A DNA stretch of 64,000 nucleotides from Macrostomum lignano (Eukaryota): positions 1 to 64,000 of the forward strand of contig NIVC01001408.1 in NCBI GenBank assembly GCA_002269645.1. The letters run 5' to 3'. Positions 1 through 13,666 of this stretch are shown here, piece after piece. The notes below the pieces were generated by a model, which searched no databases, was not told where the DNA came from, and saw only the letters and a list, made by a program, of their open reading frames with translations. The position numbers and the translations under genes were made by a program. Position 1 is the stretch's first letter. Every line of letters begins with the position of its first letter.

Positions 1-1
1 T

Positions 2-142
2 CACATCAAACATGACATCCTTGTATTGTATCAGATGTTTCACGAAGGTTGTCTTTCCTGCATTTGTAGGCCCGCTGACAATCATGCAGCTTCCCTGTCG
101 CAGGCGCACATCATAACAGTTTATCCGCTCACGTGTTTCCAT
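2..142 (-). CDS. Polinton packaging ATPase (A32/FtsK-like), N-terminal part, truncated by the window edge
   Basis: Not in the ORF track. Hand translation from ATG 142 gives METRERINCYDVRLRQGSCMIVSGPTNAGKTTFVKHLIQYKDVMFDV, with Walker A GPTNAGKT, directly downstream of the protease. Confidence 0.85.
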   Translation of the reverse strand, partial: METRERINCYDVRLRQGSCMIVSGPTNAGKTTFVKHLIQYKDVMFDV

Positions 143-168
143 TGCCTGTTAAGCTAAATTCTTGATTT

Positions 169-693
169 TTAAAATCTAATTAAATTTCTTTTTCTTAAGC
201 AACTCTCAAACCTTTGCAGGATTCTTTCATTCAAGTGGCTCTGCTGATTTGCATGGAGGTGCCGCAGAACCCACTCAAACGAGCGCTTGAAACGAAACTT
301 TTGATAGGCAAACAAGAGACAGAACAAACCGCATTTAGCAGAGTTGCAGCTCTGAATTCGATTCACATTGCTACGTAAGTAGAATGGAGAATACCAAAAG
401 GATTTCAGTGCTCTGTGAATGATCTCTAAAGTGCTGGAGTCCCAGCCCAGAGAGTTAAAGAGTTCTATGGAATTCTCCTTATCAGTATAACAAACCACCC
501 AGTGACCGAAGGATGAGCTGTACTGAAGCAGAAAGAAAATAAACTTACATCGAGATAAATTTCTTTTGAGAGTTGCTCACTGAATAAAGTTCAAAGCATA
601 AGATGTTTTATTTATTGAATTCAAGACAATAATTAAACAGTTATTTTGTGGCAAAAAGCTTTTAGCCAGTTTAAGCAGTTGAAAAGCATCCAT
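169..693 (-). pseudogene. Adenain-like cysteine protease of the Polinton, with an in-frame TGA at 577-579
   Basis: ATG 693 is in frame with ORF 169-498. Motifs GHWVVCY (His codon 502-504), ELFNSLG and IQSCNSAKCGLFC (oxyanion Gln and catalytic Cys). One stop at codon 39. Confidence 0.85.
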
Positions 694-716
694 ATTAGCG
701 TTGCGCCAGCGTACTC

Positions 717-1998
717 CTAGGATGGAAAATCTAGCAGAATCTCCCTGTGCTTCGTGACCTCAATCAGTGAGTCATACAGGCACATAACAATCAGAGATAC
801 AGGCTCCTCCAGGGCCTGTCGGAAGCGAATCTCCAGCCGCAAATTTCCCTCCTTCTGCCCGTACCACAGGGCCGCTCCCTCAGGCGTGAGATCGAATGCG
901 AAAGCTGTGTTGCCGTTGGAGAACAACTGGTAGGGGACCCACGGAACCGAGTTGGTAGGGCTGGCTGACTGACAGCTTTTCAGGTAGTGCAAGTACTCTC
1001 TCACGAATGAATTATTCTCAGGTGCAAATGCAGCGTGGCACATGGCTTCACCACCTTTCTTTAGTGCTAGCTGGCTGAGGTTGAAGCTCTGGAACTCGAA
1101 GGGGCTGGAATGGTGATGGCCATTGAAGGCTCGGTGGTTCACGAAGACCAGCATAACGAACTTCGGCAGTTTGCCATGGGTGAATCCTTCAATGTTTTTT
1201 GACTGAATTCCCTGGGGTAGAATAAAGTTTTGCATTTCGGTTCGCTCGATGGGGTAAAGTGCGTTCTGATTGGTAAGTCCCTGTTCATGCGCCAGGCTGA
1301 TGTGAGGCGCCACTTTGACTCGGCGCAGGTTCAGAATGCAGTGGGAGATTTCCATTCGGTAGGCTGTGTTGTTCTCATCTGGGGTTCGGATGGCGAATGC
1401 AGTATCGCTGGGCATCAGCTTGATGTGCAGGTGTAAATTGTTCAGCAGCAGAACAGGACACTGGAAAATGTCGCTGAGCAGTGGTCCCGCATACTCCACC
1501 CAGCGGGACTCCCTGTGTCTCTCGGCATGCCCCTCAGCAGCAGTTTCGGGTTCCAGGAATCCGGCGGGGTAGAACTTTAACTGCTGAGCATCGGATGAGC
1601 TCATGAGAGCTTTTAGGTAGGCATGGTAGGGGTAGAGCTGGTCTCCACCTGATACAATGCTTGTTGATGCTCACGATTACATCTGAGAATGCCGTAGACA
1701 GGACAAAGTTTTCTGGGTGCACCCCACTGTCTCTGCGCTCAGTGACAACTCCATCGGCATTTCGAACCTCCTCCCTCATCAAAGCCCCGCCAAGCCGGAC
1801 TAGGCGACAGCGAATATACAGGAATGAGCTCAGCAGATCAGTGTACTCATCAGCCGATGGATGACAGTCGAATTCAATAGGTGAGTTAGTAGCAATAGAG
1901 TTCACGGGGTGAATATCAACATATGTGGATTTTTCAATGGCAGTCTGCAGCACGGGGGACTTGAACAAATCGAGTCTCGGGTTGAATCCGTAAGCCAT
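717..1998 (-). CDS. Polinton major capsid protein (double jelly-roll, F54H12.2-like), split by one frameshift near 1655
   Basis: N-part 1998-1655 has LDLF..P.LQTAIE..YVDIHP...SPIEF...EYTDL...LYIRCRL. C-part reads SGGDQLYPYHAYLKAL...KLPKFVMLVFVNH.AFNG....PFEF...EGNLRLEIRF...L...V..IVM..YD...EV. Joined length is about 426 aa. Confidence 0.88.
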
Positions 1999-2000
1999 TG

Positions 2001-2411
2001 CTATGAGAGTGAGTCTAGAACACGCTTCACAGTTTCTTTGCCCACTTTTTGGTTTCTTTTGCCTGTTTTCTTGCTTTGAGTTTTAGACCTCCCTTTCTTA
2101 GGTTTATTTCGCCCTGACTGGCTTCTTTTCGGTGATTTCTCCGTCTTACTCTTTTTCTTCTTTTTTGTCTGCTTCTTACTGCCCTGTTTGACTAGTCGCT
2201 GCTTTGGTCTGTTTCTATTGCTTCTGCTGTTGCTGCTGCTACCGCTGGTGGTGGTATGCCCTGGCTTTGATAGCGATATTGACTTTGTGGAAGCTTCTGG
2301 AGGAGGCTGGTAAGTCATAATTCCTGGAAAACTCCCACAGCCATAGAGCGCCGGCTTTTGGCTTCCTGCCAGAGTCCCTGAATACTGACGAATCAGCTGT
2401 TGGTAGTTCAT
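2001..2411 (-). CDS. Small Lys/Arg-rich protein between the capsid genes; putative virion core/DNA-condensing protein (136 aa)
   Basis: Very basic C-terminal half (KKQTKKKKKSK...). Start overlaps the minor capsid stop (ATGA), and its stop lies 2 nt from the MCP ATG. LYGC-G matches the adenain cleavage consensus. Confidence 0.65.
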   Translation of the reverse strand: MNYQQLIRQYSGTLAGSQKPALYGCGSFPGIMTYQPPPEASTKSISLSKPGHTTTSGSSSNSRSNRNRPKQRLVKQGSKKQTKKKKKSKTEKSPKRSQSGRNKPKKGRSKTQSKKTGKRNQKVGKETVKRVLDSLS

Positions 2412-3217
2412 TGTATTAGCCTTTCCCGAATATAAACTGTGAGCAGAACAGGGCTGCTGCTCCGAGCAGTCAGTGAGTAGCCAAAGATGTCACGCAGTTG
2501 AAATCTAATGCCATGTAGAAAATTAGCTTTCTGAATCGGGAAGAATATTGCTTTCTTAAACACTTTGCTCATGTAGCTGCCCCATTCGACATCGGATGAC
2601 ATGCTCACAGTTCGCAGCACGGAGTTCCAGTTACAGTTTGTTCGCTCCACAATGCTGCAGTGCAAGTTGATCAGGTTGGTGGGCGGACAACCGATGCAGC
2701 AGAGTGACACTTGCCGTCCGGGTGGGATCTTCACAGGCTGGTTTCCGAATCCCAGCCACTGCAGAATTTTACTTGATGGAAGGAACAATTCTGCTCGAGC
2801 CGTGTTGTTGAGCACTACCGTTCTCAACTCTTGGATTTCAAACTTTATGCCAATATCTCTAGCGCTGCTTCGCCCCATTAAACCGGACTCATCAGCTTCC
2901 ATTTCAGACTCCCTTTCGCTCATTGCATCGAAGAACAGTGACTCAGAGTTGGCCAGCAGCTCATTCATGCGCTCAACCAGTTCCTCCACTCTAGCAAAGC
3001 GTCCGGGTTGAAGAACCAGGGCCTCATGCTCTCTTCCATCTGAGACAGTGAAGCAGTAAGGCTCGTCAACATTGAACCATGCAGCAGGCAGATGGATTTC
3101 AGCCAGACCTGCCTCATAGTCCACATTTCGATCCAAGTAAATAGGTGAAGGCAGGTGAAAATGAAAGTCACTAGGAGTACCTTCAGCATTTTCGCTACAA
3201 ATGATGATGCTTCTCAT
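2408..3217 (-). CDS. Polinton minor capsid protein (penton-like, single jelly-roll)
   Basis: ATG 3217. Pattern S.NA.GTPSDFHFHLPSPI.L...YEAGLAEIHLP..WFNV...INLHCSIVE...SVLRTV...FFPI......IRFQLRD..G. Position between integrase and MCP. Confidence 0.8.
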   Translation of the reverse strand: MRSIIICSENAEGTPSDFHFHLPSPIYLDRNVDYEAGLAEIHLPAAWFNVDEPYCFTVSDGREHEALVLQPGRFARVEELVERMNELLANSESLFFDAMSERESEMEADESGLMGRSSARDIGIKFEIQELRTVVLNNTARAELFLPSSKILQWLGFGNQPVKIPPGRQVSLCCIGCPPTNLINLHCSIVERTNCNWNSVLRTVSMSSDVEWGSYMSKVFKKAIFFPIQKANFLHGIRFQLRDIFGYSLTARSSSPVLLTVYIRERLIQ

Positions 3218-3247
3218 AGTTGGGAATGGCTGCACAATGTCGGTATC

Positions 3248-4338
3248 TTACACTTTTCTTAAGTCCTTCTCATCCACCCAGTCAGTGGTCTTGTAGCCGG
3301 CCCACTTGACGAGATATCGGATCTTTCCCTTCCACTTCTCAGTCTTCAGAACCTTCTCGATTACATACAGCCGCTGCGAGTCCGGAACAGCTTGCAGCTC
3401 ATGCTCATGGAAGAGGCCTCTAATGTCTTCCCCCTTCATGTCTCGAATCCTGTACATGTAGGGATAATGCTTTGGTGCCCTAAACACTATGGTGTACACC
3501 TCCTCGCTCCAGTTCGCCTTGTATCCCTTCCTGAAGAGTCTGGGTGCATTGGAAATCCGCACATGATCTTTAAATGTGCGGATTTAAACCGGTTTTCACA
3601 GAACTTTGGTTTTCTCAGTTTCTCAACTGTCTCAATCGCTTTCCCATCATAAAGGTTCATCCACACTTCAGTCTCGTTTGCTTTGCTGACATTCATTGGT
3701 GTAGTCTTGATGCTTCTGTGGAAAGTATTGTTATAGGACTTGACCAGTTTAGGCAGCACATCAAGCCATTGTAGAGTGCTGTTGTGAGTAAAGTAACGCC
3801 ACATCTTGCTTTTTAAAGTTCGATTCCATCTTTCAATTATGGCTGCTTTGTGCACACTGCTAGTTGGAAACGCCAGAATCCCCCGGTCTATGCAGAACTG
3901 GCGAAAAATTGCGTTGACAAACTCCTTTCCCTGATCTGTGCGGACAGTGCGCGGCTGCCGCTTTGAGCTCTTCAGCATGCTCTCAAACGCAGATTTCACT
4001 TCTGCCGCGCTCTTAGACTTCAGTGCTCTGGCCATTGCAAATTTAGACAAAACATCAATGCAGGTGAGAATGTATTTATGCCCGCGATTATACTTTGCAA
4101 ATGGAATCATTTCCACCAGATCCATCTCCCACTGATCATCAATGGCTCTCACTATTATTGGCGCCCTTGGAAATCGTACTCTAGCTGGCTTATGCAGAGT
4201 GTGTACTGGCTGCTGACTTAGCCACTGCTCAATGCTCTTGACTCCAATATGCTCGCCTCTTTTTCGCAGTTCAGGTTGCAGTTTTGAAGAACTGCAATAG
4301 CTCGCAGGCTGATTTGGGTTGAAATAAATTTTTTCCAT
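3248..4338 (-). CDS. Polinton retroviral-type (rve, DDE) integrase with C-terminal chromodomain; frameshift near 3565-3575
   Basis: ATG 4338 (MEKIYFNP). DDE residues in WEMDLVEM..YILTCIDVLSK, RTDQGKEF and IIERWNRTLK. Downstream frame reads DHVRIS...KGYKANWSEE...YVIEKVLK...RYLVKWAGYKTTDWV (chromodomain). Confidence 0.92.
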
Positions 4339-4502
4339 TTTCGGAAACAAAGAAACATTTTTTTTAGGTTTTCTTAAGACATTGAAAATGCATAGCGCAT
4401 GTGAAAGCAAGCATATATTTTTTTTCAAACAAAGAGATGGAAAGCAGGTCTGGATAAATAGCTCGTAGCACAGAGTTTGTCTCAATGTCAGAGGGTCTGC
4501 AA

Positions 4503-5267
4503 TCAGTCGAAGCACGGCCTGGGCAGCTTCATGGCATCCAATCTGCGCAGAGCGAATGGCGGCTGCTTGCGTTTCCTGGCGTTCTCAGCGGCGGCTGTTT
4601 GAGCTCGGAACTGGTACCAGACTGGGTCCTCTTGCAGATCAGTGTCCTGCCGAGGAATCGCTCCAGCTGCAGGCTTGGTCAGTTGCAGAGGCGTTGAAGT
4701 GGCAAACGCTGTGTCGATTTGCAGATTGGATGGCATGCCAGCCTCGCCAGCAGCAGCAGCAGCATCGTCCTCCGCCTTCACTACCGGCTTGGTCTCTTCC
4801 GCGTTTTCGCCAGCATCGTCTTCATTTTCGATGCTGTCGGAGGAAGATCCCGACTCCAGCTCGTATGCATCGGAAATCTCACGTGGAGCCGATAGCTGCT
4901 CGTCGATCCAATCCGCGTACTGCCACAGCTTTCGCCACAGCGGCGGTGTCAGCGGCACGGTGTTCCGCTTAAGAAACTCGTCGCAGCAGTCCTCCGGCAA
5001 TCGCTTTAACCAGATAATGCCGTTTTTCACTTCGATGAACTTATCGAAGCCGAGTTTGACAACCTTTGGCTGTTTGTCCAAGGCCGCCTTGACAAGCGAT
5101 CGCTTCAACTCCTTGAGCTTCTCCCACTGACGGATGTTCAAATTGAAGCCGGGGACTCCAGGTTTCAAACTCGCAGTGCTGCCATGTCGGTAAAATTTTC
5201 TGATAGCAATGAACATAACTCCTTCATACTCCTGTATTTGGAGTTTATATCCTTCGCCGATGTCCAT
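4503..5267 (-). CDS. Protein with two tandem PC4/p15-like ssDNA-binding domains and an acidic low-complexity tail (254 aa)
   Basis: Domain 1: DIGEGYKLQIQEYEGVMFIAIRKFY...GFNLNIRQWEKLKE. Domain 2 is weaker: KLGFDKFIEVKNGIIWLKRL...TVPLTPPLWRKLWQYADWIDEQL. TATATAAG lies about 80 nt upstream on the minus strand. Confidence 0.7.
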   Translation of the reverse strand: MDIGEGYKLQIQEYEGVMFIAIRKFYRHGSTASLKPGVPGFNLNIRQWEKLKELKRSLVKAALDKQPKVVKLGFDKFIEVKNGIIWLKRLPEDCCDEFLKRNTVPLTPPLWRKLWQYADWIDEQLSAPREISDAYELESGSSSDSIENEDDAGENAEETKPVVKAEDDAAAAAGEAGMPSNLQIDTAFATSTPLQLTKPAAGAIPRQDTDLQEDPVWYQFRAQTAAAENARKRKQPPFALRRLDAMKLPRPCFD

Positions 5268-5412
5268 GACTTAAAATCTAACAGAATAAACTATCTCGTC
5301 GAAAAAAAATCGTTTTTTCATGAATCAAAGAGATTTTTTGGTCCTTATATAGACTAAACCACTGCAGCAGACATACAGCAATAGAAAAACATAGGCCTAT
5401 GTTCTCTCACTA

Positions 5413-5550
5413 AGGCCCCATGGAATTTCCATGGCTTTCCCTGCGGCAGAGTCCACCAATGCATTTACATAGGCGCTATGTTTACACACTACAGGCCCGT
5501 GGTTTTCCCACGGAAATTCCTGCGGCAGAGTCCACATTTCCCCTACTACT
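5413..5550. repeat. Candidate terminal (TIR) region of the Polinton: two ~45-bp direct repeats, each with a hairpin, then ACTACT
   Basis: CCTGCGGCAGAGTCCAC at 5440-5456 and 5519-5535. Hairpins CCATGG-N5-CCATGG (5418-5434) and CCGTGG-N5-CCACGG (5497-5513). Confidence 0.55.
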
Positions 5551-5587
5551 AATATCAACTGCATATACTGAATTATAATATTTATTA

Positions 5588-5700
5588 TAAAGTGAGCGGA
5601 GCACACACGCACATCACCTCTCTCGATCTTTTCTCTAGTTAGCCTTGGGCGATGCCAAACTTTAACATTTGTACATGCTAGCAGTGCCGCTGCAATTGAG
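5588..5700 (-). pseudogene. THAP zinc-finger domain fragment
   Basis: ...KVWHRPRLTREKIERGDVRVCSAHF matches the C-terminal THAP signature RVCSxHF. No intact N-terminal CxxC half was found. Confidence 0.4.
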
Positions 5701-5819
5701 TATGTCAAATTCGTTATTGAATTAATTATCTCTGGGTACCTTTGTGCTGTGATACACTGAAATTGTGGCGCTTATAATGTAGGCTGATTTATCTGCGTGT
5801 ATAACAGGTTCAAATGTAA

Positions 5820-11128
<5,309 letters not shown>

Positions 11129-11221
11129 TCCTTGTGCTCTTTTACCTTGGGGTTGCGATAGGGGCCTCGCGGCCTATTCGCGGCGCCTGCGCCCCCCGTC
11201 AGTAGTAAGTAAGTAAGTAAG

Positions 11222-11432
11222 TACAGGGTCTAATCTAACAGGTTTTAATCTAACAGGTTCTAATCTAACACAGGTTGTAATCTAACACAGGTTCTAATCT
11301 TACAGGGTCTAATCTAACAGGTTCTAATCTAACACAGATAATAATCTAACAGGTTCTAATCTAACACAGGTTCTAATCTAACAGGTTCTAATCTAACAGG
11401 TTTTAATCTAACAGGTTCTAATCTACCAGGTT
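11222..11432. repeat. Minisatellite, same 15/17-bp unit, right arm
   Basis: The array resumes immediately after the LINE tail. Confidence 0.95.
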
Positions 11433-11789
11433 CTAACTATGACACACCGTGGCACTCGGACCCATGCTGAAGTAAATTTTGTCAATTTACAATTTTAAAT
11501 TTCTTTTAAAACGATCGAGTCACTGACTGAGTCCTCAGTATAGCTCGCACAAGCAACTGCTCTCTTTTTCTCCTGACATTTTACAACTCCCATCGGCAAG
11601 GGTAAACTTACTCGCCACGGTAACAAAGCACTAGCTGGGCGATATCGCTTTGATGTCAGAAACTTCAAAGTTAAAGTTAAAAAGAAGACCTTGCATGGTT
11701 CTTTGATGTACCTGATGGGTGAACTGTCGAGAATCTTCTTTCTTTTAGTAAAATGGTTTTGAAAAAAGCTGAACTGGACTCTCAATGGG

Positions 11790-12695
11790 AGTAATGGTGA
11801 GGGAGACAGTGAGATGTAGTGAGGGAGACAGTGAGATGTGGTGAGGGAGACAGTGAGATGTAGTGAGGGAGACAGTGAGATGTGGTGAGGGAGACAGTGA
11901 GATGTGGTGAGGGAGACAGTGAGATGTGGAGAGGGAGACAGTGAGATGTGGTGAGGGAGACAGTGAGATGTTGAGATGGAGACAGTGAGATGTAGAGAGG
12001 GAGACAGTGAGATGTGGAGAGAGAGATAGTGAGATGTTGAGATGGAGACAGTGAGATGTGAAGCGGGAGACTGCAAGATAAGGAAAGGGAGACTGTGAGA
12101 TGTAGAGAGGGAGACAGTGAGATGTGGTGAGGGAGACAGTGAGATGTGAAGAGGGAGACAGTGAGATGTGGAGAGGGAAACAGTGAGATGTGGTGAGGGA
12201 GACAGTGAGATGTGGTGAGGGAGACAGTGAGATGTTGAGATGGAGACAGTGAGATGTAGAGAGGGAGACAGTGAGATGTGGAGAGAGAGATAGTGAGATG
12301 TTGAGATGGAGACAGTGAGATGTGAAGCGGGAGACTGCAAGATAAGGAAAGGGAGACTGTGAGATGTAGAGAGGGAGACAGTGAGATGTGGTGAGGGAGA
12401 CAGTGAGATGTGGAGAGGGAGACAGTGAGATGTGGAGAGGGAGACAGTGAGATGTGGAGAGGGAGACAGTGAGATGTGGAGAAGGAGACAGTGAGATGTG
12501 GAGAGGGAGACAGTGAGATGTGGAGAGGGAGACAGTGAGATGTGGAGAAGGAGGCAGTGAGATGTGGAGAGAGAGACAGTGAGATGTGGAGCGGGAGACA
12601 GTGAGATGTGAAGAGGGAGACAGTGAGATGTGGAGCGGGAGACAGTGAGATGTGGAGCGGGAGACAGTGAGATGTGAAGAGGGAGACAGTGAGGT
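11790..12695. repeat. Purine-rich 22-bp minisatellite GAGGGAGACAGTGAGATGTGGT
   Basis: About 40 tandem copies with variants. Confidence 0.95.
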
Positions 12696-13464
12696 ATGGA
12701 ACGAGATTGAGACAAGGAAAGAAAAGTTAAAAGTTTTTTGGTGACTTCCAATTTGATTCCAGTAAAACAAGCTTTAACTTTTATCTTTTTCGATTGGCTT
12801 TCTTCCCAAAAAAGAGCTTTTTCGATATCCCATTTTATTACAGGAGATCCCGGATGCAAGAGCCGCTCCACCCTTTCTCTGTCTGCCTTTGAACTCAAGT
12901 CAAGTCGAAACCTTTATTAGGTACTAAATTAACCATAAACCCCACATAAACTCAATTAAAGATAGCAATGAAGAATTTTTAGTTAAAAGACTTTTCTTAG
13001 ATGGTAGAATATGCTGAAAAATAAAATAAATTTATATTTAATCCTGCAGTCACGTCCACAGATACTAAATCTGTATTTATTATCTGTGGTCACGTCCTAT
13101 ATGTATAAATATGTTGCTACTGCAACTTACGATTATTCAGTAGCATATTAGTACATGAGAAAATTTATTAGATAAAAAATGTGGCATCGAAAGTTAGTTT
13201 TAAACGTTGAAAATATTACAAAACCAATAGACTACTTTTAGTAGGCGTACGAGCGTATGCTTGAACAAAAACGAACGATATGCAAAGCAATCAGTGAAAT
13301 TATGAAATCAAAAAGTTCCCGGTTACCGCATCATAAACCTCAGATACTAATAGCTAAGGGGGATTACTTCTAAGGTCTGATTTTTCTTCAAATGCGCATC
13401 TTTTTACTTTTTGCTCCAATTTTGGGGTCGACCAGCCATTTATACTCTTAAAAGCTTGTTTATA

Positions 13465-13552
13465 TCTGAGGAGAGGACAGGAGAGGAGAGATGAGAGGAG
13501 ACGAGAGGAGAGGAGAGGAAAGGAGAGGAGTGAAGTGGAGAGTGGAGAGGAG
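13465..13552. repeat. Degenerate (GAGGA)n repeat
   Basis: Direct reading of the sequence. Confidence 0.8.
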
Positions 13553-13666
13553 ATCAGGATTCAATAGACCTGTGAACAAAAGATCAGAATTCCTAACGCG
13601 TTTTGAAGTGAAATTTGACCTTTGAAATTTGAAATTTCCCCAATTTACTCTGCTCAAACCGCCCAG

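Larger units (their letters stand above)
1..5550 (-). mobile_element. Endogenous Polinton/Maverick (adintovirus-like) element, one end; continues beyond the left window edge
   Basis: Seven tightly packed co-oriented ORFs: PC4-like, rve integrase plus chromodomain, minor capsid, basic protein, major capsid, adenain protease and ATPase. Gaps are 2-27 nt among the five structural/packaging genes, with an ATGA overlap at 2408-2411. Candidate terminus CCCTACTACT at 5541-5550. Confidence 0.92.

Noticed and set aside
11495-12898. 467-aa and 341-aa ORFs
   Set aside because: They are open only because the 22-bp purine-rich repeat lacks stops on that strand. The unique ends have no recognisable domain, though small exons cannot be excluded.
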